Part shown: piece after piece, positions 1 to 8,247 of the stretch | Position numbering within the stretch: position 1 is the first letter of the stretch | Layout: every line of letters starts with the position of its first letter | From: Anaerohalosphaeraceae bacterium | GTDB taxonomy: Bacteria > Planctomycetota > Phycisphaerae > Sedimentisphaerales > Anaerohalosphaeraceae | DNA length: 64,000 nt | Reading direction: 5' to 3' | Assembly: GCA_963675525.2 (NCBI GenBank) | Contig: CAXXSL010000016.1 | Span: 608,001-672,000 of the forward strand | The notes under the pieces: model-generated | Told to the model about the DNA's origin: nothing | The model's database searches: none | What the model saw: only the letters and a program-made list of their open reading frames with translations | Made by a program: the position numbers and the translations under genes

Positions 1-1356
1 ACAGGTCACGGCAACAAAATCGAACTTCAATACGAACTTCATTTTCCGCATTCCCTGGGACTGCTATACTCGGCCTTTACTTACTTTACAGGATTCAAAG
101 TCAACTCCGGTGAATATAAACTGATGGGGTTGGCGCCTTATGGTGAGCCTGTCTATACCGACTTGATTCTGGATAAACTGCTGGACCTGAAAGAAGACGG
201 TTCCTTCCGCCTTAATATGGATTATTTTACCTACTGCTATACGGATGTTATGGTCGGTAAAAAATTCGAGGAGCTTTTTGACGGACCGCCGCGCAAGCCG
301 GAATCGCCCCTGACGCTGCGGGAAATGAACCTGGCTGCTTCCGTCCAGAAAGTGACCGAAGAGATCATGCTGCGAATAACTCATTTTGCCCATGAGAAAA
401 CCGGGATGAAAAACCTCGTTCTGGCCGGAGGCGTTGCTCTCAATTGCGTCGGAAACGGTCGCATCTTGCGTGAAAGTGCTTTTGACGATATCTGGATACA
501 GCCGGCCGCAGGCGATGCCGGCGGTGCCTTGGGCGCCGCGTTGTTCGTACACCACCAATTGCTGGATAATCCGAGGCAGTCAGGCGGCAGAAATGACTTA
601 CAGTTCGCATCCTATCTTGGCCCGGAATACACTGACGAGCAAATTAACGAGTACCTGGAATCGATCCATTCAAAGTATCACTACTACGAGGACGAAAGTG
701 CGTTATTGGAGCGGATCGCCAAAGACATTGAGGAGGGCAAAGTCATCGGCTGGTTCCAGGGACGGATGGAATTTGGTCCGCGAGCTTTGGGAAACCGGAG
801 CATTCTCGGTGACGCTCGTAATGAGAAAATGCAATCGGTCATGAATCTAAAAATTAAGTTTAGAGAGTCGTTTCGTCCGTTTGCTCCAAGTGTTCTGCAG
901 GAAGATGCCGGGCGTTATTTCGAATTGTCAGACCACGCTCAAAGCCCTTATATGCTGCTGGTGGCTCCTGTGCAGGAAAGTCAGCGAATTAAACTTGATG
1001 ACGACAAAAAACGTACCGGCATTGAGCTTTTAAAGATCAAACGCAGCCGGATACCCGGCATTACGCATGTTGATTACTCAGCTCGCGTCCAAACGGTTGA
1101 TGTCGATCGTCATGGACGATATTATCGGTTACTAAAAAAATTCAACGAGCTAACCGGCTGTCCGCTGGTCATTAATACAAGTTTTAATATTCGCGGCGAG
1201 CCGATTGTGTGCAGCCCGGAAAATGCGTTTTATTGTTTTCAGGCAACAAATATGGATGTACTGGTCCTCGGGAATTATGTTCTGTATAAAGATGAACAAC
1301 CCCAAATGAAGAAAGTTGAAATCGATGAATACCTGGCGCAATTTGATTTAGACTGA
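1..1356 (+). CDS. Carbamoyltransferase (NodU/CmcH/SxtI family), 5'-truncated by window edge
   Basis: Frame open from base 1 (FPHSLGLLYSAFT...SGEYKLMGLAPYG); motifs AGGVALNCVGNG, QPAAGDAGGALG, GRMEFGPRALGNRSIL, KFRESFRPFAP, NTSFN. Confidence 0.93.
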   Translation, partial: TGHGNKIELQYELHFPHSLGLLYSAFTYFTGFKVNSGEYKLMGLAPYGEPVYTDLILDKLLDLKEDGSFRLNMDYFTYCYTDVMVGKKFEELFDGPPRKPESPLTLREMNLAASVQKVTEEIMLRITHFAHEKTGMKNLVLAGGVALNCVGNGRILRESAFDDIWIQPAAGDAGGALGAALFVHHQLLDNPRQSGGRNDLQFASYLGPEYTDEQINEYLESIHSKYHYYEDESALLERIAKDIEEGKVIGWFQGRMEFGPRALGNRSILGDARNEKMQSVMNLKIKFRESFRPFAPSVLQEDAGRYFELSDHAQSPYMLLVAPVQESQRIKLDDDKKRTGIELLKIKRSRIPGITHVDYSARVQTVDVDRHGRYYRLLKKFNELTGCPLVINTSFNIRGEPIVCSPENAFYCFQATNMDVLVLGNYVLYKDEQPQMKKVEIDEYLAQFDLD

Positions 1357-1366
1357 GAGTATTTTA

Positions 1367-1786
1367 ATGGCTTTGGTTTCCTTAAATTTAAACCCTACAG
1401 AAAAACAGCTTCGGGAGTTTGGGCTGGCCGGATTGTGCATGTGCGTCGCAATTGGTTTGCTCCTGTTTCTGACAAACAGAATCGGCCTCAACGGAATTTT
1501 CCTTGCGATCGGGATCGGCGCGGCCTTATTTGTACTGAGCCGGATTTCAACAGGTCTGATCAAGCCGGTTTATCTGGTTCTGATCGTCGTTACATTCCCC
1601 ATCGGCTGGTTGATCAGTCACTTTTTTATGGGATTATTTTATTTCGGGATCGTGACCCCGGTGGCATTGATCTTTAAAATGCTTGGACGCGACCCATTAA
1701 ACAGGAAATACGATAAAAACGCACAAACCTATTGGATTTCACATAAGAAAAAAAAATCTGCGAAAGATTACTTCCGTCAATTTTAG
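1367..1786 (+). CDS. SxtJ-family membrane protein
   Basis: Hydrophobic 139 aa with KQLREFG, PIGW, GRDPL, YW...YFRQF pattern; typical position behind this carbamoyltransferase family. Confidence 0.8.
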   Translation: MALVSLNLNPTEKQLREFGLAGLCMCVAIGLLLFLTNRIGLNGIFLAIGIGAALFVLSRISTGLIKPVYLVLIVVTFPIGWLISHFFMGLFYFGIVTPVALIFKMLGRDPLNRKYDKNAQTYWISHKKKKSAKDYFRQF

Positions 1787-1793
1787 GTGACTT

Positions 1794-1982
1794 ATGTCTG
1801 ATAAAGATTTTGAACAACTGTCGCAAAAAAAACGCACTTCGCTGCTTTCGGAATTCTGGGATTTTCTAAAACACAATAAGAAATGGTGGCTGTTACCGAT
1901 AATCGTGATCTTATTGCTGCTGGGCATCCTTGTGTTATTGAGCAGTTCGGCAATTGCGCCGTTCATATACCCGCTTTTTTAG
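1794..1982 (+). CDS. DUF5989 / SxtK-like small membrane protein
   Basis: EFWDFL..NKKWWLLPII...APFIYPLF signature. Confidence 0.85.
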   Translation: MSDKDFEQLSQKKRTSLLSEFWDFLKHNKKWWLLPIIVILLLLGILVLLSSSAIAPFIYPLF

Positions 1983-2223
1983 AATCGATATAAGTCTCGA
2001 AGCGGCGGTGGCGGTCTATCTGTTACCATGGGCATTATTGCGTGGGTCAGGCGATACCCTTTTTTGCGTTAAATCCTGTCAATTTCATTCGGTCTCTCTC
2101 TATTGAGGCGGGCTTAACACTAACAACGACGAGAAAAAAGCTGATACGCTGCGAAGTAAATCGGCGGATTTTGCTCGTTTTTTGCCCAAAAACCATGTAT
2201 TCCATGGAAAATTTCCTCTCTTA

Positions 2224-2252
2224 TTGACATTGGGCACAAATATCGTTACAAT
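2224..2252 (+). promoter_or_regulatory. Sigma-70 promoter for tRNA-His
   Basis: TTGACA (2224-2229), 17-bp spacer, TACAAT (2247-2252). Confidence 0.8.
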
Positions 2253-2307
2253 TCGCCTCCTTGTGAGATTCGCTTAAACGCGGATTGGCCCGTAGAGGGC
2301 AGATTAT

Positions 2308-2382
2308 GGTGGATGTAGCTCAGTCGGTTAGAGCACCAGATTGTGGATCTGGGGGTCGGGGGTTCGAATCTCCTCATCCACC
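2308..2382 (+). tRNA. tRNA-His (GTG)
   Basis: G-1 plus GTGGATG/CATCCAC acceptor stem, D arm GCTC/GAGC, anticodon arm CCAGA-TTGTGGA-TCTGG, GGTTCGAATC T loop, C discriminator; CCA not encoded. Confidence 0.96.
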
Positions 2383-2406
2383 CTTTTTTAACAACCCTCA
2401 GAAAAT

Positions 2407-2440
2407 CGTCCGCTGTGTTCCAGACAGGGGCGGTTTTTTT
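2407..2440 (+). terminator. Probable intrinsic terminator after tRNA-His
   Basis: Imperfect GC stem CGTCCGCTGT...ACAGGGGCG followed by T7. Confidence 0.5.
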
Positions 2441-2600
2441 GTATTTTGACGCGTTTTTTGATCTTTTCTCTTTTTTTCAAACCTGGTTGATAAGTGATCT
2501 TATATTCCTTATACTTCTAAGCAGGCATATGGGTACTTATTCGCCATGTGCGGCAGATAAATGGAATATTGAAAGAAACGAAAATCAAGTAGAGCGGACG

Positions 2601-3530
2601 ATGCATAGCTTTGACAAACTCGCGAAATCGTATCATGCCGATGAAAAAACGGATGTCAGTGATTTTCAGAGAAAGGCCCGTCTTCTTCAATCGATGTGGC
2701 GAAAAGAAATGGGTTACAAGGCCGGAGAATACCAAGGTAAAAAAAGAGGGAATTATCTGCCGATGCCCTGGGCAAAAGATACTCTCAATAACTATTTATC
2801 GGATACGATCAAAAAAGTTGTTGTCAATGAAGTATTAAATCAGTCGGACAGCGGTAAGTTTTACGGCAAGCCAAGAATATTTAATAATCTCCTTTCCAGC
2901 CAACCTCTCTGCTTTAACTTATTCGCTGAACTGCAACAGGATCTGTTTCTTGCGACCAAAGTATTCAGGCAGTTATGTCCCCATCGCGTCCATAATGTGG
3001 TAAGAATCGAATTCGAGCACTCTCCCGGAAGAAAAGATCCTTCCTATTTAGGCGACCTTTCTGCGTTTGACGTTTATGTGGAATTCTTCAACAAGTCGAA
3101 CGAAAAGGGGTTTATCGGGATCGAGGTTAAATATCATGAAAATCTCAGGAATACACCGGCCGAGATCAAAGACAGATATTTTGAAGTGGCCTCTTCTATG
3201 GGATGCTTTAAAGGTGAGTGTTTCGATGTTCTTCAACGCTCTCCTCTCCAACAGATATGGAGAGATCATCTGTTAGCGGGCAGCCTGTTGTATTCGGCTA
3301 AAGATAATTTTAAGGATGGTTTTTTTGTTTTTCTCTTTCCCCAAAAGAATTTACACTGCCAGGAAGCCGTTAAGAAATATAAGAAGTGCCTCACTGTAGA
3401 CAGGACGTTCCAGGCCTGGACCTTAGAGGATGCGGCAGAAGCGATCAAACAGAATACAAAAGATCGGTGGATTGATGAGCTGATCGACAGGTATTTAAAG
3501 TTTGAGAAAATAAAAGAAACAGGAACGTAA
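2601..3530 (+). CDS. PD-(D/E)XK putative restriction endonuclease (PGN_0703-like)
   Basis: NLLSSQPLCFNLF, SAFDVYV, IGIEVKYHE, QQIWRDHLLA motifs; start moved to ATG 2601 because the longer ORF overlaps the tRNA. Confidence 0.75.
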   Translation: MHSFDKLAKSYHADEKTDVSDFQRKARLLQSMWRKEMGYKAGEYQGKKRGNYLPMPWAKDTLNNYLSDTIKKVVVNEVLNQSDSGKFYGKPRIFNNLLSSQPLCFNLFAELQQDLFLATKVFRQLCPHRVHNVVRIEFEHSPGRKDPSYLGDLSAFDVYVEFFNKSNEKGFIGIEVKYHENLRNTPAEIKDRYFEVASSMGCFKGECFDVLQRSPLQQIWRDHLLAGSLLYSAKDNFKDGFFVFLFPQKNLHCQEAVKKYKKCLTVDRTFQAWTLEDAAEAIKQNTKDRWIDELIDRYLKFEKIKETGT

Positions 3531-3606
3531 GGCTGCAACTCACTAAAATATACGAACCGGACCTGAGGAAGGGGGCGGCGATTATAAATCACATGATGTT
3601 CATTTG

Positions 3607-4767
3607 TTAGGTTCCTCTTTTTAAGCTATCGTCGCCGTATTTTCCCCGGATCTTATCAAACGCCGAATCGATCTTCTTCTGTTTTTCCTCATCCGGGTCA
3701 GCAAACAGCAGTTTCTGGCCACTCCCTTCGGCAGACAGTCCGGACGTACCAAACCCCAGCAGTCTCAATGCCCCGGCGGACTTCTTATACCATTCATTAA
3801 ATATGTTCTGTGCTTCCTGCAGGAGCGTTTGCGTCGTATGCGTCGGCCTGTCGAGCGTGAAGCTGCGCGTCGCTGTTTTAAAGTCGCCGTATCTGAATTT
3901 CAGCATAATCGTTCTGCAATGCAATTTCTCTGCCCTGAGCCGCTGGGCAACTTCTTCTACCTGATCGTGTAAAATAGCGAGCAAGACTTCTTTCTCTGAA
4001 ATATCGGCCGGAAATGTTTTTTCCGCTGAGATGCTCTTGGCCTCCGTATGCGGTTCTACTTTCCGGTTATCGATCCCCTGTGCCAATTTAAGAATATCAT
4101 CTGCTTGATTCTTGAAGATCATGGACAGTTTATATTTGGGAGCCGTCCGGAGCTGCACTATTGTGTGGATGCCGTGTTTCTGGAGTTCCTTATTGGTAAC
4201 TTTTCCAATCCCCCATATCTTAGACACAGGAAGCGGGTCAAGGACCTGCTGTTTATTTGCTTCGGTAATAATGACAAAACCATCGGGTTTTTCTAAATCA
4301 GATGCCAGTTTAGCCAAAAATTTATTCGGGGCAATCCCCACCGAAGCCGTCAGGCTCGTCTGTTCTTTGATCTCCGCTTTTATCTTTTTACCAATTGTTT
4401 CCGCCGAGCCAAATATTCCAATACAGCCGGTCACATCCAAAAATGCTTCATCGATAGAGATCGGTTCCACCTCCGGCGTGTAGTTATGGAAGATATGATG
4501 GATCTGTTTGGAGACTTCGACATATCTTGACATTCTGACCGGCAGGATGATGGCATCCGGACAGAGCCTCAGCGCCTGACTCATCGGCATTGCCGAGTGG
4601 ATACCGAATTGCCGGGCCGGGTAGGAACAGGCCGCGACGACCCCGCGCTGCCGGGGAGTCGACCCCACAAGGATAGGTTTGCCCTGCAATGCGGGGTTAT
4701 CCTTAACCTCGACTGAGGCATAAAAGGCATCCATGTCAATATGCAGTATGTAACCGGCAGATTCCAT
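3607..4767 (-). CDS. dinB: DNA polymerase IV (Y-family)
   Basis: HIDMDAFYASVE, SYPARQFG, SIDEAFLD, KLASD..KPDG, little-finger domain. Confidence 0.95.
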   Translation of the reverse strand: MESAGYILHIDMDAFYASVEVKDNPALQGKPILVGSTPRQRGVVAACSYPARQFGIHSAMPMSQALRLCPDAIILPVRMSRYVEVSKQIHHIFHNYTPEVEPISIDEAFLDVTGCIGIFGSAETIGKKIKAEIKEQTSLTASVGIAPNKFLAKLASDLEKPDGFVIITEANKQQVLDPLPVSKIWGIGKVTNKELQKHGIHTIVQLRTAPKYKLSMIFKNQADDILKLAQGIDNRKVEPHTEAKSISAEKTFPADISEKEVLLAILHDQVEEVAQRLRAEKLHCRTIMLKFRYGDFKTATRSFTLDRPTHTTQTLLQEAQNIFNEWYKKSAGALRLLGFGTSGLSAEGSGQKLLFADPDEEKQKKIDSAFDKIRGKYGDDSLKRGT

Positions 4768-4840
4768 ACGGCTATTATAATAAGTAGGGAAAGAGAGGAA
4801 AAGTTAAAATATAGGACAGTACTACCGAATAGACGTCGCC

Positions 4841-4869
4841 GGTTCGAATCTCCTCATCCGCCCTTTTTT
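4841..4869 (+). repeat. Duplicated 3' end of tRNA-His (att-like site)
   Basis: 28/29 identity to 2361-2389. Confidence 0.85.
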
Positions 4870-4978
4870 CTTTTCACTTCACTCAATCCTTATTCCTATT
4901 GCCTGCATTGATTTATTGTGCTATGATATTGACCGGAAAAGCGTCCTTTTTACCGTTTCGCCTTCTTCAAACGGAAGC

Positions 4979-6778
4979 ATGATGGAAAAAGATGAAAGAT
5001 TATTTCGGTCTCTTGCGGATTGCTCACCTGTGGGGCTGTATCTTGCAGATGTAAACGGTAACTGTAAGTATGTCAATAAAAGCTGGTGCCGTATGGCCGG
5101 ACTTGAACCGGATGAAGCCCTCGGGCAGGGATGGAGGGAGGGAATTTTTCCGGGAGATCGAAACAGGATCCGGGAGCAATGGTCTCGGCTCGTTGAAGGA
5201 AAGGAGCAATGGGATCTGGAATACCGCTTTCAGGACCGCCGGGGAAATATTACCTGGGTACATGGTACCGCGACTCCATTCCACAATGACCAATTTTCCG
5301 GCTATCTCGGCACGAATGTTGATATTACCGAACGCAAACAGGCCGAAGAAGAAATTCAGAAAAAATCTCACCAGCAGAATGTTATTCTGGACAGCATCCC
5401 GTCGGTTACCATGCTGATTCGACACGACACAAAAGAAGTCTTAGCCTGCAATAAGGCCGCCGAACGTGTCGGCGTCGTTGTGGGCCAAACCTGTTACAAG
5501 ACCAGACACAACAAAAACAAACCCTGCTCCTCCTGTTTGGCCAACGAGCTGCGCGCAACCGGCAAGAAACAGTATCTTCAAACCCGGGAAGACGGCTGCT
5601 ACCGGGACAACTATTGGGTTCCGGTAACAGAAGACCTGTATCTGTTCTATGCTTATGATAATACTAAGCAAAAGATAATAGAGGAATCGCTTCGGGAAAG
5701 CGAAGAGAAATTTCGCCGATTGTTTACGGATTCGACAGTTGCCATGAGTCTTTTAACAATGGATAGAACACTTCTTCAGGTGAACAATGCTTTATGTGAT
5801 TTTCTTGGGTACTCCAAATATGAATTTGAAACATTACGCCTTGAAGATATCACCCATTCGGATGACCTGGAAAAGAGCCTCTTGAGCCATACCAACTTAA
5901 TTAGCGGTCAATCTCGTTCTTTCAGCATGGAAAAACGTTTTATTCATAAAAACGGAACGCTAAAATGGGGCCTGATCACGGTGTCTGTCATACCCAATGA
6001 AAAAGGTCAACCTCTCTATCACTTGGCACAAGTCGTGGATATTACCGAACGGAAAGAAGCCGTAGCAGCATTGCTGGAATACCAGAAAAAATTACAGTCC
6101 GTAGCATCAGAATTGCTGCTGGCTGAAGAAAACCTACAAAAGAAAATTGGTGGCGAATTGCACGACGGCGTTTGCCAACTCCTTGTTTCCTGCAAAATGA
6201 GCCTTGGTCGATTGAAAGATTCGCTTGAGAATCAAGCGGCGGTGTGTTACGTCAAGGAAATATCGGCCACGATGGACAGGGCGATCGAACAGATACGTAC
6301 GCTTAGCTTTAATCTTACCAACCCTGTCTTGTTTGAACTGGGATTTTGTAAGGCCATCGAAGATTTGGCAGAAGACTATCTGCAAAAAAAACATAATATC
6401 AGGACGAACATCATCTGTGAGGATCTTAAATGTAAGGGTCTTGCGCCTCATCTTTCAGATGAATTAAAAGGCGTCGTTTACCGAGCCGTCAAGGAGCTGT
6501 TTGTGAATATCGTCAAACATGCCCATGCCGACACCGTTGAGATCAAGATAACATGCAAACAAAAACTCTTACGGGTCAAAATCGTCGATGACGGCGTTGG
6601 ATTTGATTATGCTGCTGAACTTAACAACCGTAAATCCGGACACAAGCTCGGTTTATTTATTATCATGGAGAGGCTTGGTTATTTCCAGGGGCGTATCGAT
6701 CTTGAAGCAAGTCAAGGCAAAGGAACAAAAGCCGTCATCGAAGTCCCATTGTCACGCAGAGAGGGAGCCTGTGAATAA
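4979..6778 (+). CDS. Cytoplasmic PAS/PAC sensor histidine kinase (HisKA_3/NarX-like)
   Basis: PAS-PAC repeats ending DITERK; H-box ELHDGVCQ; ELFVNIVKHAHA; DDGVGF. Confidence 0.9.
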   Translation: MMEKDERLFRSLADCSPVGLYLADVNGNCKYVNKSWCRMAGLEPDEALGQGWREGIFPGDRNRIREQWSRLVEGKEQWDLEYRFQDRRGNITWVHGTATPFHNDQFSGYLGTNVDITERKQAEEEIQKKSHQQNVILDSIPSVTMLIRHDTKEVLACNKAAERVGVVVGQTCYKTRHNKNKPCSSCLANELRATGKKQYLQTREDGCYRDNYWVPVTEDLYLFYAYDNTKQKIIEESLRESEEKFRRLFTDSTVAMSLLTMDRTLLQVNNALCDFLGYSKYEFETLRLEDITHSDDLEKSLLSHTNLISGQSRSFSMEKRFIHKNGTLKWGLITVSVIPNEKGQPLYHLAQVVDITERKEAVAALLEYQKKLQSVASELLLAEENLQKKIGGELHDGVCQLLVSCKMSLGRLKDSLENQAAVCYVKEISATMDRAIEQIRTLSFNLTNPVLFELGFCKAIEDLAEDYLQKKHNIRTNIICEDLKCKGLAPHLSDELKGVVYRAVKELFVNIVKHAHADTVEIKITCKQKLLRVKIVDDGVGFDYAAELNNRKSGHKLGLFIIMERLGYFQGRIDLEASQGKGTKAVIEVPLSRREGACE

Positions 6779-7415
6779 TATCAGTGTAATTCTTGTCGAA
6801 GATCATATGATCGTCAGAGAAGGCCTGAAGGCTCTTGTTTCAGACTGTGAGGAAATTGAAATGGAGGTCGTTGCTGAGGCCGACAATGGCCGCACGGCGG
6901 TCGAACTGTGCCGGGAACTGAATCCGGACTTCGTATTTATGGACATTACCCTGCCGGAGTTAAGTGGGATCGAGGCAACGCGGCAAATATTAGATATCCA
7001 TCCCGATACCAAGATCATTGCTCTTTCGATCCACATCCGAAAAAGTTTCATTGTTGATATGTTTAAAGCAGGAGCTTGCGGCTATGTTCTAAAAGAAGCT
7101 GCTTTTGACGAATTGATCCATGCAGTCAAATCCGTTTTAGCCGGTAAAACGTATCTTAGCAAGGGACTAAGCAATATGGCAGGTGAAATCTTAAACGGGA
7201 ATCGATTCGCCAAGGCAGTCCATCTGACACCGCGCGAAAGAGAGGTTACCCAGCTCATCGCCGAAGGCAAAAGCAACAAGGAAATCGCCGCGACTATTCA
7301 TCGAAGCGTGAAAACCGTCGATATGCATCGCCAGCACATTATGAACAAGCTGGACCTCCACACCGCCGCTGACATCACAAAATACGCGATTCGGGAAGGG
7401 TTGACAACACTATAG
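6771..7415 (+). CDS. NarL/LuxR-family response regulator
   Basis: VEDH...MDITLP...GYVLK receiver and LTPREREV..IAEGKSNKEIA HTH; GTG start overlaps kinase end. Confidence 0.92.
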   Translation: MNNISVILVEDHMIVREGLKALVSDCEEIEMEVVAEADNGRTAVELCRELNPDFVFMDITLPELSGIEATRQILDIHPDTKIIALSIHIRKSFIVDMFKAGACGYVLKEAAFDELIHAVKSVLAGKTYLSKGLSNMAGEILNGNRFAKAVHLTPREREVTQLIAEGKSNKEIAATIHRSVKTVDMHRQHIMNKLDLHTAADITKYAIREGLTTL

Positions 7416-7585
7416 GGAATAACACCTTCTTTTTGGCAGTATTCCTGCCCGTTAAAAACAGGTATTTACCCTATATTATTATTAGGTGTATATGCCGATA
7501 ATAGTATTAGTGGTGCCTTATTAGAGGCTTTTTACCATTCCATAATTTTCATGGCCGTCACTGTGATATTTAAGGAATTCGACCT

Positions 7586-8005
7586 ATGGCCTACAACCCT
7601 ATTCTATTTTATGTCGAGGACGATGGCGCAGTCATCCGGCTGGTCGAGAAAAACCTCAAAGACACCGCAAAACTAATCTATTTTAAGCGGGGCGACGTAT
7701 TCCTCGATTTTTTAGGTCGGTATTCTACCGTGCCGCGGGAACCGGATCGGGATGTTATTGTTCTTCTCGATCTGAATCTGCCTGATATGCACGGAACAAC
7801 CATTTTAGAGACCATTCGACAGTCTCCGGATATCTGGGTTCGCCAGTTGCCGGTTATTATTTTCACCTCATCCGATGACCCCGAAGACCGGGAAAGATGC
7901 GAGTTGCTAGGCTGCACAGCTTACCTCCAAAAATCCTTCGAAGATGACAGGTTGATCCAAGCGATCCAAAAGGTTGATTCCGAAAAAGCATATATTTTCG
8001 GATAA
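7586..8005 (+). CDS. Single-domain response regulator
   Basis: VEDD, LLDLNLP, FTSS, YLQK. Confidence 0.88.
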   Translation: MAYNPILFYVEDDGAVIRLVEKNLKDTAKLIYFKRGDVFLDFLGRYSTVPREPDRDVIVLLDLNLPDMHGTTILETIRQSPDIWVRQLPVIIFTSSDDPEDRERCELLGCTAYLQKSFEDDRLIQAIQKVDSEKAYIFG

Positions 8006-8247
8006 TGAACAAAGAGAACCTGCCCGTCAGAAATCCGTCGATGTGCATCATCAACAGAGGTTTATGAAAGCAGTGTTTAAATTGATTTTGCGTCTTTTTT
8101 CTGCTCCTTCTCTCACTTGTCCCTTTATGGGGATTTTATTCGGAGGGTTTCCAACTAACTCTATAGATAATGGATTATTTTTTATTTGATATCTCGTGCA
8201 CCTCCGATATAATCAGAGATGTTGTTTTTTACAAAAGGAACCGTCGC

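Larger units (their letters stand above)
2361..4869. mobile_element. Integrase-less genomic islet at tRNA-His bounded by att-like direct repeats
   Basis: GGTTCGAATCTCCTCATCC(A/G)CCCTTTTTT at 2361-2389 and 4841-4869, 28/29 identical; encloses two cargo genes. Confidence 0.7.

Noticed and set aside
1..1982. sxtI/J/K-like trio as a saxitoxin cluster
   Set aside because: This trio is widespread outside toxin producers and no sxtA, sxtG or other core genes are visible; upstream context is outside the window.
2343..2600. N-terminal extension of the nuclease ORF in the ORF track
   Set aside because: Overlaps the tRNA and its terminator; ATG 2601 is more plausible.
3531..3612. Possible integron attC site after the nuclease gene
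   Set aside because: AAC/GTT ends are present but the arms are not complementary and there is no integron integrase.
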